The translations under genes were made by a program, and so were the position numbers. Positions 1-10,837 of a DNA stretch of 64,000 nt are shown here, in pieces. A model generated the notes under the pieces. The model worked only from the letters and a program-made list of their open reading frames with translations, made no database searches and was not told where the DNA came from. This DNA comes from the human T2T-CHM13v2.0 reference genome, Homo sapiens: the NCBI RefSeq assembly GCF_009914755.1, contig NC_060934.1. One strand, 5' to 3'. Position 1 is the stretch's first letter. Every line of letters begins with the position of its first letter.

Positions 1-109
1 TCTTACTGCAACCTAACTCTATATTTATCACTGTGGCTTTTTTGGTTTTATAGAATTTTTTATTTCTCCAAGTAAAATACTAAAGTAAACTCCTTGTTCC
101 AGTCCATAA

Positions 110-1990
110 AATCTAAAGGTGAAAGACTTGTACAATGAAAAATTTTTCAAAAATTGATGAAGAAAATTAAGAAGATACAGCTAAATGGAAAGATATCCCT
201 TTATATGGATTGGTTGGAAGAATTAAAATGTTCCCACTACCTCCAGTGATCTACATATTTAATGCAATGTCTATCAAAATCCCAAGGACATTGTTTACAG
301 AAATAGAGAAAAACAATTGTAAAATTCATATGGAACTACAAAAGATCCTGAATAGCCAAGGCAACCTTGAACAAGAAGAAAGCTGGATGCATCACACTTC
401 CTGACTTCAAAATATATTGCAAAACCATAGTAATCAAAACAGTATGGTACTGGTATAAAAACAGATATATAAAACAATGGAACAGCATAGACAGCCCAGT
501 AATAAATCTACACATCTATGACCAACAGTTCTTCAACAAGGGTGCCAAGAATACACAATGAAGAAAGGATTTAAAAAAAAAAAACGGTTTTGGGAAAACT
601 GTATCTCCAACTGCAGCCACATGCAGAAGAATGAAATTGGACCCTTATTTTACACCAAGCACAAAAATCAACTCAAAATAGTTTAAAGACTTAAACATAC
701 AATATGAAACTGAAAACTATTAGAATAAAACATAGGGGAAAATCTTGACATTGGTTTTGGAGATGATTTTTTAGTTATGACATCAAAAGAACAGAGCAAA
801 CTTGGACAAGTGTAATTGCATGAAACTACAAAGCCTCTGCATAGTGAAGGAAACAATTAACAGAGTAAAAAGGCAACCTACAAATTGGGAGAAAATACTT
901 GCCAATCTTTTATGCGATAAGAAGTTAACATATAAAATATGTAAAGAACTTATATAACGGAATAGCAAAAAACCCTCAAATAACTCAATCATAAATGGAC
1001 AAAAGGCCTAAATAGACCTTTATCAAAGGAAGACAAACAAATGGCTAACAGGTTTATGAAAAAGTGTTTAACATTACTAATAATCTGGAAAATCCAAATC
1101 AAATTAAGATGAGATACCACCTCACACCTGTTAAAATGGCTGTTATCAAAAAGACAATAAATATTGGCAAGGATGTAGAAAACAGGGAACTCTTTTACAC
1201 TTTCAAGAAAAGTAAACTAGTATAGCCAAAAGGTTTCCTCAAAAAATAAAAATGAAAATCAAACTGGCTTATGAGCCAGCAATTACACTTCTAAGTACAT
1301 ATCCAAAGGAAATGAAATCAGTATCTCAAAGAAGTGTCTGTACTCTCATGTTCAATGGAGCATTGTTCACAATAGCCAAGATATGGAAACAAACTAAACG
1401 CCCAGTACAGAAAAATAAATACAGAAAATATGCTACATATACACAATGGAACATCGTTCAGCCTTAAAACACAAGGAAATCCTCAATGCCATCTGAGACA
1501 ACATGGATGAACCTGGAGGACATTATGCTAAGGGGAAATAAGCTAGACATAGAAAGAAAAATACTTCATAACATCACTTATATGTAGACTTTAAAGTAGT
1601 CAAATTCATAGAAATAGAGAGTAGAATGGTCTTTCCAGGGGCCAGGGAACAGGGAAAATGGGGAGATGGTCAAGCAATACATAGTTTCAGTTATGCAAGA
1701 TGAAAATTCCCTATAAACCCACTGCACAGCAATGTGAATATTGTTAACAAAACTGAAATGTGTGTTTGAATTTTACTAAGAAGGTAGATCTTAATTGATT
1801 TCACCACAGAAAAAAATAAAATAAAATGGTAACTATATGAGGTGATGAATACATTAAATTATCTTGATTGCTATCATTATTTCACAATGTATATGTATAT
1901 CAAAACATTAAGTCATATATACGTATTATTATATATAAATTATATATATATATATAATTTTTGTCAATTATACTTCAACATAGATGAAAA
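110..1990 (+). mobile_element. L1 (L1MA/L1MB-like) 3' part: degenerate ORF2 C-terminus plus 3' UTR
   Basis: Frame-broken ORF2 peptides (IYIFNAMSIKIP, ITLPDFKIYCKTIVIKTVWYW, ALFTIAKIWKQ); L1M-type 3' end 'ttgtcaattatacttcaa' near 1960-1980. Confidence 0.92.
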
Positions 1991-2409
1991 CAAATATGAC
2001 AAGCCTTGAAAATGAATAACATAAATTAAAAGAGAATCAGAATTAGAAGTGGAAAGAATATGTGGGGAGGAAATTTTAAGACTAGCAATGGAATTTTCTT
2101 TTTTAATAAATATTTATTTTCTATTACATACAGCATTTTTAGAAAGTGCTATAGAAAGGTTAAATGAAGCATATGCATTGTAAAAATGTCATTTTAAAAA
2201 CAATTCATATGTGCAAGTTACAAAGAAGTAAAATTTATGTGTAGGTGAAACTGATAACTTCACAGAATAAGCTCTGTGAGATTTTTTCCTAGAGATGTTT
2301 CACACTTTGTAGCAAGAGTGAGTCATTGTTTGGAAGAGAGAACCTCAAAGGCACTGGTCTCCCTGCTAATGTTCTTGCATTCTTACAGTTTTTTACCCTC
2401 AGAGCAGCA

Positions 2410-2830
2410 AAGGAACACCTTTAAACCTAAAACATCAGATCCCTGCCCTGCTTAAAGCCTTCTAATAGCTTATCTATACACTGATAATCAAACAAGTAAA
2501 ACTAGTGCATGTTTTACAAAGTCCTATGAAGGGCAACATGAACTAGTACCTGCCTATCTCTCCAGCATCACTTCCTGCCACTGACTCCATGCTTTGGCTC
2601 ACAGGGGAATAAGCCAAGCTCATGGCCTCAGGGTCTTTGCACTTGCTCTTTCCACCTTGAATGCTCTCCCTCTGTATTTCCCCATGGCTTTCTCTCTCAC
2701 AGCATTTAAGTCTCTGCTAAATTGCCTTTGCTTTGAGAAACTTTCTCTGCACACTCTATCTGAATAACTCTCTTCCTAAGCCCCAACCACCTCATTCTTC
2801 TCTCTAGCACTACCTGATTAATCTTGTGAG
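2410..2830 (+). mobile_element. L2 fragment
   Basis: 'ggcctcagggtctttgcacttgctctttccaccttgaatgctctccc' matches the L2 3' region. Confidence 0.75.
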
Positions 2831-2899
2831 CACAGCTTGCTAGTAGGTAGGGAAGGGTGAATATGTTATCCTGAGAACCGAAAGTGGCAAATGCTTACT

Positions 2900-3090
2900 T
2901 TTGCAGATGTGCTGTGTGCATGCTAAGAGCTTGAAGCAAGCTTTATGGATTACAAAGTCATGTAATTAAGATAGTTTGCTGATGAGAAAACTAAGGTTAA
3001 GAAAGAATAAGTAAATTGAGAAAGTAACACACTTATCAATCGGTGCAGCCTGAATTTATATGCAGGTTTTTATGCCTCCAGAGCTTTAAA
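2900..3090 (-). mobile_element. MIR fragment
   Basis: 'gatgagaaaactaaggttaagaaagaataagtaaattg...gtaacacac' is an antisense MIR core. Confidence 0.6.
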
Positions 3091-3199
3091 TGTGTTTCCC
3101 TCCCGATGCATTTTAGAGTTTTTTCTATTAGTTACTACAAATGGAAACTAGATAAACCAAATGGGGGTGGAAATCTGTGCTATTTAATAAACAAATGCT

Positions 3200-6100
3200 T
3201 AACCTTGAGTAAATTTTGACATATATATTCACCCATGAAGCCATCACCACAATAGAGATAGTGAACATATCATCACACCCCAAAATTTCCTCAGGCCCTT
3301 TGGAATATGTTTCTGTCAGACCTCCACGACCCTGTCCCTCTCAGTCAAACATTGCTCTGCTGATCACTTTAGACTGTTTGCATTTTCTAGAGTTTTATAT
3401 AAATGAAAATATACAGTATGTGTTCTGTTTATGGCTGCCTTCATTCGGCACAATCACATTCACCTATGTTATAATGGGTACCAATATTTCATTTTTCTTT
3501 ACGGAATATGTTACTGAAACACCAGGGGTTTGGTCTAGGTCCTGCTGCTCACTGCACAGAAAGCCAATCACTGAGACAGTGAGTATTGCCAGGCAAGAAG
3601 GCTTTAATCAGGTGCTGCGGCCCAGGAGTTGGGAAATCAGTCTCAAATCAACTGCCTGAGTGACTAAAATTAAGGCTTTATATAGCAGAGAAGAAATGTA
3701 ACCATGCATGGAAGAACAAGAGTTAGGGAGGAGCAAAGAAGAGGAGTCAGTCAACAGGAAGCAGGTAGTGGGTTAGGCAATCATGACAAAAGAGTGGTTT
3801 CACCTCCCATTGCCCAGATGCTGTGATTTGGTAAGTTTCAATGTCTTGCTACTATCTGGGAGGCCTGATGGTTGGATGAGAAAGGAACTCAGAGAAAACA
3901 AATGTAACTTACTCATGTTTCAAGACTGGGAGGGTCAATTTCTATGTCTATTCAAAACAACCATACACATCAGTCCTATGGGACAATTGGGCTGGTTTCA
4001 AATACTCATTGCATGGATATATACAATCTTTTAAAAATCCTTTCACCTGTTGGTGGACATTGGATTGTTTCTACTTTTTGGCTATCATCCATAAATTCAT
4101 TAAAAGAATTTTCATGGATATATTCTCTAAGGTAAATGCCTAGGAGTGAAATGGCTAGACCATAGGTAAGTATATGTTAATGGTCAAACTGATTTAAAAA
4201 GTGTTTGTAGCATTTTCACTATAGTCACAGTGCACAAATTTCCTGTTTTTCCTTATTGTTGCCAATATTTGGTATGGTTGATATTTTTAAATGTTAGCCA
4301 TTCTAGCTATGTAGCTAAATCTCATTGCTTTAATTTTTGCTTCCCTCATGACAAATGATACTCAGAATCCCTGTACTTATTTACAGAAACTCCTGTATTT
4401 TCTTTGGCCAAGTATCTGTTGAAATCTTTAGCTCATTTATTTGAATTGATTGTCTTCTTACTATTTAATTTCTTATTATTATACAACAAATTTCTTCTTA
4501 CTACTTAATAATTTATTATTAAATTTTGACATTTGTTATATGATTTACATATTATGAATATAAGTTGTTTATCAGATATATACTTTGCAATATATTCTCC
4601 TAGTCTATGGCTTGTCTCTTCATTTTGTTAATATTATCTTTCAAAGACAGAAGTTTTAAATTTTGATTAGGTCTAACATATCAATTGTATAAGCTATATT
4701 TAAATATGACATCAGTTGATACATTGTGAGTTAATTTTTGTATATTGTTTAAAATATGCATCCAATTTCTTTCTCTTTTCTTTCCTTACTTCTTCTTCTC
4801 CCTCTCCTCCCCTACTTCTCTTTTTTATACATATGGATATCTAATTATTCCAGGAACACTTTTTAAAAAACTACCATTATTCAATTGAATTGCCTTTGCA
4901 CCTTTATCAAAAGTCAATTGGGTCAATATTTTGACCCTCTATTGAATTACATTTATTTTTCTGTCTTCACAATATTACACTACCTTGATTACTCTAGCTT
5001 TATAACAAAGTCTTAAAACAAGGTAGTGCTAGCCCTACAACTTTGTTCTCTTTTTCTTAAATTGTTTTGGCTATTCTAGGTTCTTTGCATTTCTATGTAA
5101 ATTGTAAAATCTGGTCATCAGTTTCTACAATATTTATTGCTAGGATTTTGAAGCTACAAATCAATTTGTGGGAAATTGCATCTTAACACAGCTGTCAAAC
5201 TTTCATAGTCACCCTTAATCAGGTTGAAGAAGTGGTCTAATATTTCCAGTTTGATGAGAATTTTTGTTAGGAATCAATGTTGAATCTTGTCAAGTGCTTT
5301 TTCTGCATCTATTAAGATGATCATATGACTTCAGTTTTTAGTTTCTTAATATGATAAATTATTTGATTTTCAAATATTAATCCAACCTTGCATTCCTGAG
5401 ATAAACTTAGTCATGATGGTGTACTCTTTTTATATTACACTGTTGGATTTGATTTGCTAAAACTTATTTAGAATTTTTGTATAAAAGTTTATAAATAATG
5501 TTGGCTATAGATTTCTTTCTCATCTGTCTATTTTTGTGTTGGGGTAATGCGTGCTGCATTGAATGAGTTAGAAGTGTTCCCTCCTCTTCACTGTTTTAAA
5601 AATGTTGTCTGGAATTTGTATGATGTTTTACTTAAATATTTGATATATTCCTTCTTATTGCTGAATACTCTCTGTGTGTATATGCAACATTAAAATAATC
5701 CATCACATGTTGATGGGTAATAAAGCCAGAAGCTTGGATATTTATTTGTGTTTTTGATTTTTTATCCTCCTGTGGAAATTTTTAAACAACATATTTGCCT
5801 TCTTGAATAGTTTCTAATTGAGTTAGCCAAAGGTTTATCAATTTTATTCATTTTTTGCAAAGGGTCAACTTTTGGTTCAATTGATTTTCTTTATGGTTTC
5901 CATTTCACTGATTTTTAAAATGTTTTATTTTTACAGGTTACTTTTGATGGAATTTTCTCGTAGTATTTATGTAATTTACAGGAGATTTGTTTAAAACCTC
6001 ATATCTTAACCCATTTACCATTTATAATTAACTTCATTTTTATTTTAATTTTTTCATGTGTATATTTGTAGATCCATATTCTATCTAATATTGTTTTCCA

Positions 6101-6250
6101 TCTGCCTGAACAACTTCTTTTTAATTTTCTCTTAATGTGAATCTGCTGGTGATTAATTCTTTCAGCTTTTATTATGTCTGAAAAATATTTTATTTAGCCT
6201 TTATTTTTGAGAAATACTTTCACTGTGTATTATAGAATTGTAGGCTGACA
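3200..6250 (-). mobile_element. Old fragmented L1M (L1MC/ME-like), interrupted by the solo LTR at 3509-4000
   Basis: T-rich antisense L1 motifs: 'ggtggacattggattgtttc', 'gcctaggagtgaaatggctag', 'gaattgcctttgcacctttatcaaaag', 'tctgcatctattaagatgatcat'. Confidence 0.8.
3509..4000 (-). mobile_element. ERV1-class solo LTR (LTR19/LTR26-like)
   Basis: TG...CA termini; 4-bp TSD AATA (3505-3508, 4001-4004); the minus strand starts tgaaaccagcccaattgtcccatag and carries TATA (ctatatataag) and ATTAAA signals. Subfamily from memory. Confidence 0.88.
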
Positions 6251-6264
6251 TACTTTTACTTTTT

Positions 6265-6603
6265 ATAAAACTACTTATTGAGGTATGATTAACTTACAAG
6301 AAGCTGAACATATTTAATATTCACCAGGACATAAAATTTTTAGGACTTACATTGTATAAACAAAACTTTGTACTTTTTGACTAATACTTCCCTGTTTCAC
6401 CATTCAGTCCCCTGGCAAACACCATTCTACTCTCTGCTTCTAGGAGTTTGACCACTTTAGAGTCATCACATAAGTGAGATCATGTATCATGTAGTATTTA
6501 CCCTTCTTGTGTCTAGCTTATTTCCCTTAGCATAATGTCATACAGGTTTATTTTTCCAAAGAAAATGACAGAATTTTCTTTTTAAAAGGCTGAATCATAT
6601 TTT

Positions 6604-6662
<59 letters not shown>

Positions 6663-7214
6663 CACATTTTTATTATCCATTTATCTGTCAGTGGACATTT
6701 AGGTTGCTTCTAAGTCTTGGCCATTGTGAATAATGCTGCAATAAAAGTGAGAATGCAGCTATCCCTTTACGATCCTGATTTTATTTCCTTTGCATATATA
6801 CCCAGGAGTGGGATTGCTGAGTCACGTGGTCATTCCACTTTTAATTTTATTAGGAACCTCCATACTGTTTTTCATAGTGGTGGCACCAATTTACCTACCA
6901 CCAAGTGTGTAAGGGTTTCCTTTTCTTCAGATTCTTGCCAATATTTGTTGTCTTTGTTGTTTTGTTTTGTTTTGTTTTTGATAATAGCCATCCCAACAGG
7001 GTGAGGTAATATCTCATTGTGATTTTGATTTGCATTTTCCTGATGATTATTGGGGTTGAACACCTTTTTATATACATGTTCATTTTTATGTCTTCTTTTG
7101 AAAAATGTCTACTCACTTTCTTGTCAATTTTTTAACAACTTACTTAGTTTTTGTTATTGACTTATAGAAGTTATTTATATATTTTGAATATTAACCTTTT
7201 ATCAGATATATAAT
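6265..7214 (-). mobile_element. L1MA-like 3' fragment
   Basis: Antisense L1 3' UTR and ORF2 end ([12 protein letters not shown] peptide on the minus strand). Confidence 0.9.
6608..6660. repeat. (TA)n microsatellite, about 26 units
   Basis: Perfect run seen directly. Confidence 0.98.
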
Positions 7215-7390
7215 TTGTCTAATAATTCCGAAAGATATTTAGAGATTCAATGCAATCATTTTCAAAATCCCATTATCAAAATGGCATTTCTTACAAAAAT
7301 AGGAAAAAAAAATCCAAAAATTCACATAGATCCACAAAAGACCCCAATAGCCAAACCAATCTGGAGCAAGAAAAACAAAGCTAGAGGCAT

Positions 7391-8548
7391 TGAGAGGTGA
7401 AAACGTGCTAGCAGCCCTCGCTCACTGTGGGCACCACCTCAGCCTCCGTATCTGCTCTGGCTGTGCTCAAGGAGCCCTTCAGCCCACTGCTGTGCTGTGG
7501 GGGCACCACTCTGGGGCTGGCCAAGGCCGCCAGAGCGGGCTCCCTCTGCTCGCGGGGAGGTGTGGAGGGGGAGGCATGGGCGGGAGCCCAGGCTGCATGT
7601 GGTGCTCCTGGGCTGGCGCCTGCTGGGCTTGATCTGGGGACAAACTCCTTCTGGGCTGCCAGGGATAGGTTCCGCAAAGTCCCTCAGAGAGTGCCATTGA
7701 GAGGTGAAGCCAGCTGGGCTTCTGGGTCGGGTGGGGACTTGGAGAACTTTTGGGATTGTAAACGCACCAATCAGAACTCTGTCTAGCTCAAAGTTTGTAA
7801 ATGCACCAATCAGCACTCTGTGTCTAGCTCACGGTTTGTAAATGCACCATTCAGTGCTCTGTGTCTAGCTAATCTAGTGGGGACTTGGAGAACTTTGGTG
7901 TCTAGCTAAAGGATCATAAATGCACCAATCAGCACTTTGTGTCTAGCTCAAGGTTCATAAATGCACCAATTAGCACCCTGTCAAAATGGACCAATCAGCT
8001 CTCTGTAAAACAGACCAATCAGCCCTCTGTAAAATGGACCAATCAGTAGGATGTGGGTGGGGCCAGATAAAGGAATAAAAGCAGGCCACCCAAGCCAGGT
8101 GCGCAACCTGGTTGGGTACCTTTCCATGTTGTGGAAGATTTGTTCTTTCCTTCTTCACAATAAATCTTGCAACTGCTGCTGCTGCTCACTGTTTGGGTCC
8201 CTGTGGCTCTTATGAGCTGTAACACTCTCTGCGAAGGTCTGCAGCTTCACTCCTGAAGCCAGCGAGACCACAAACCCACCGGGAGGGACGAACAACTCCA
8301 GATGGAAGGAACGAAAACCTCCAGACGCGCCGCCTTTAAGAGCTGTAACACCGTGAAGGTCTGCAGCTTCACTCCTGAAGCCAGCGAGACCACGAACCCA
8401 CTAGAAGGAAGAAACTCCGGACACGTCCGAACATCAGAAGGAACAAACTCTGGACACATCATCTTTAAGAACTGTAACACTCACCGCGAGGGTCCACGGC
8501 TTCATTCCTGAAGTCAGCAAGACCAAGAACCCACGAATTCCGGACACA
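7391..8548 (+). mobile_element. LTR12-family (ERV9) solo LTR
   Basis: Starts tgagaggtga, ends aattccggacaca; 4-bp TSD GCAT (7387-7390, 8549-8552); tandem CCAATCAG enhancer repeats; U5 repeats 'gctgtaacac...gaaggtctgcagcttcactcctgaagccagcgagaccac'. Confidence 0.97.
7760..8085 (+). promoter_or_regulatory. LTR12 U3 enhancer/promoter: NF-Y array, GC/CACCC box, GATA, AATAAA-type TATA
   Basis: Seven CCAAT boxes plus one CCATT variant, followed by 'gggtggggccagataaaggaataaaag', the established ERV9 promoter layout. Confidence 0.75.
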
Positions 8549-8907
8549 GCATCACACTTCCTGATTTCAAAATCTATTACACAGCTACAGTAATCAAATC
8601 AGTATGGATCTGGCATAATGACAGACCTGTAAACATATAGACCAATGGAACCAAATAGCCCAGAAATAAATACACACATCTATGGTCAACTGATTTTTCG
8701 GCAAGAATGCCACGAATACACAATGGGGAAAGAATAGTCTCTTCAATAAATAAAAGTGAGAATCTGTAACTGCTGATGGAGAATGCTTGTCTCATCTCCA
8801 GCCTGTGATGTAGTGTAAGGATGAGGGCCCCGTGACCTGGGAAGCTTGGGATTCTGTGGATGACTGAAGAAGTTTTTCACGAGAGGCATTGAAAAATCCA
8901 TTAATTC

Positions 8908-9217
8908 TTTTTTTTTTTTTTTTTTTTGAGACAGAGTCTTGCTTTGTCACCCCAGGTAGAGTGCAGAGGTGTGATCTCAGCTCACTGCAACCTCTGCCTC
9001 CTGGGTTCAAACAATTATCCCTGCCTCAGCCTCCTGAGTAGCTGGGATTACAGGCACGCGCCACCATGCCAGGCTAATTTTTGTTTTTGTTTTTTTTTTG
9101 TAGAGATGGGGTTTCACCATTTGGCCAGGCTGGTCTTGAACTCCTGACCACAGGTGATCTGCCCACCTCGGCCTCCCAAAGTGCTGGGATTACAAGCATG
9201 TGCCACCGTACCCTGCT
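8908..9217 (-). mobile_element. Alu (AluS-like)
   Basis: Poly-T followed by a full antisense dimer. Confidence 0.97.
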
Positions 9218-9301
9218 GAAAGATTATTTCTAACAGGCTTGTAGAGAAACGTCGGTTCATGTAAATTAGAAATTATGGGGCCACTTTGCCATTCTTCACA
9301 C
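9075..9301 (-). ncRNA. Candidate terminal exon of a minus-strand lncRNA, running into the Alu (3' end uncertain)
   Basis: Minus-strand acceptor 'acacctgttcattgcag|GTGTGAAG' at 9301; no ORF; A-rich Alu linker and tail lie downstream. Inferred from sequence only. Confidence 0.35.
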
Positions 9302-9364
9302 CTGCAATGAACAGGTGTTTATCTGCAGTTCTGACTTATCTCTTGAACTCCATTTGCATGTTAT

Positions 9365-9815
9365 AGTGGGATGCAGCTGATGCCCTGTCCAGATCTTCTT
9401 CAGGCCACTACATCTATATATGCATTCATATTCCAGTGGCTGTGAGTGTTGGCTGTTGGTTGACAGAGGAGCTGCATCCTCCTGGAGGAAACTGAACTCA
9501 GCTGATGAAAGCCACCTGGTCCTGGAGGTGAAGCATCTTCCAAATGACAGCCTGCAGTCAATGACTGATGAATATGACTTCATTGCCTCATGACAGGACC
9601 TACTCTGGGGTATAGATCATGCTTCTAAGCTCCTCCTGGGGTCCTGCTGAGGCTCAATGCCAGCTGAAACCATACCCTTGCTCACATACTTTCCCTTCTC
9701 TTTCCTTCTTCCCTTGCTTCCTTAGAGATTCCTCCTGCAATGGCTTCCTCAAAAAAGCATTTTCATAAGCAACCTCATGTCAGCCTCTGCTTCCACAGAA
9801 GCCAATCTGAGTTAA
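9365..9815 (+). mobile_element. LTR16-like (ERVL) solo LTR
   Basis: 'gacagcctgcagtcaatgactga', 'ctcctggggtcctgctgaggc' and the 3' end 'cagcctctgcttccacagaagccaatctgag' are typical of LTR16. Confidence 0.65.
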
Positions 9816-10390
9816 GCAGCTGTTTAACTTAGCATGTCCAACATAAAATTCTTGTTTTCTTCTCATCCCCTGCCCCTGAACGTTCTCCTTTGCCTGTCTT
9901 TCTTATCTCATTGAAAGTAACAACACAAGTATCAAGTGAAAATAAAAGAATCTTCTCTGATTTCTTTCTTTCTAATGTATTATTAAATTCTACTGATATT
10001 ACCAATATCTATTCAAATACCAACCTAGTCTAAGATACTATCATCTGTCTTCTAGACTTCAACTGGGTTCCTAACACTGATGGTATTACACAATTTTTGC
10101 AATGAAGTCTTACCCACCTATAATCCATTTTCCATAAAGCAGCATTATCATTTTCTAAGTCACACACTGTAGTTTTAATACAATCCCAAACTAACAAGCT
10201 TGAAGAAATAAAATTATTGTTAAAATTGTAAAAATTACGGAGTCTTATATTTAACTAATCATGGTACCTTTCCTCAATATCAATTATACCAAACACTTCC
10301 AATGCATAAATTCACTAAATTACTTGTCTCTGAATAGTAATAATTATTGTAAAACTCAATTAAAATGGTGTTTCTATCTAAGTCATTTCC

Positions 10391-10505
10391 AAATGACGAG
10401 TTGATGGGTGCAGCAAACCAACATGGAACATGTATACCTATGTAACAAACCTGCACGTTGTGCACATGTACACCAGAACTTAAAGTATAATAATAAAAAA
10501 TAAAG
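10391..10505 (+). mobile_element. L1PA extreme 3' end (heavily 5'-truncated)
   Basis: 'gatgggtgcagcaaaccaacatgg...acttaaagtataataataaaaaa'. Confidence 0.93.
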
Positions 10506-10624
10506 TATTACAGAACATGGTCAATTATATTAAAAAGTAGATTAATTAATGTCCATATATACATTTTTTGGTGGAAATCAAACATAATGAAAACTATTTC
10601 ACATAATTAATATTTTGTTTATTT

Positions 10625-10756
10625 TTTACTTATTAATTTATTGCAGAGATGGGAGTCTTGCTATGTTGCCCAGGCTAGTCTCAAACTCCTGGCCTCAAGT
10701 AATCCTCCCACCTCAATCCCCCAAAATGCTGGGATTTCAGGAACATGCCACTGCAC
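10625..10756 (-). mobile_element. FLAM/AluJ monomer
   Basis: 'gagatgggagtcttgctatgttgcccaggctagtctcaaactcctggcctcaag'. Confidence 0.9.
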
Positions 10757-10806
10757 TTTATTAGTGTTACCTGTCATAAAGTTAATTACTCATAATTTTA
10801 TTTCAG

Positions 10807-10837
<31 letters not shown>

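Larger units (their letters stand above)
7215..8765 (+). mobile_element. L1 ORF2 fragment (probably the inverted part of the adjacent L1MA), split by LTR12
   Basis: Removing LTR12 restores 'aaagctagaggcatcacacttcctgatttcaaaatctattac', an ORF2 sequence. Confidence 0.88.

Noticed and set aside
3216-3659. 147-aa ORF
   Set aside because: Chance read-through across an antisense L1/LTR junction
6815-6824. TGCTGAGTCA (MARE/ARE) motif
   Set aside because: Single motif inside L1 sequence with no supporting context
7760-8050. Regularly spaced repeats resembling a CRISPR array
   Set aside because: These are the known LTR12 U3 enhancer repeats; there are no unique spacers and the DNA is eukaryotic
7390-8511. 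Cluster of overlapping ORFs on both strands
   Set aside because: By-product of GC-rich LTR12 sequence
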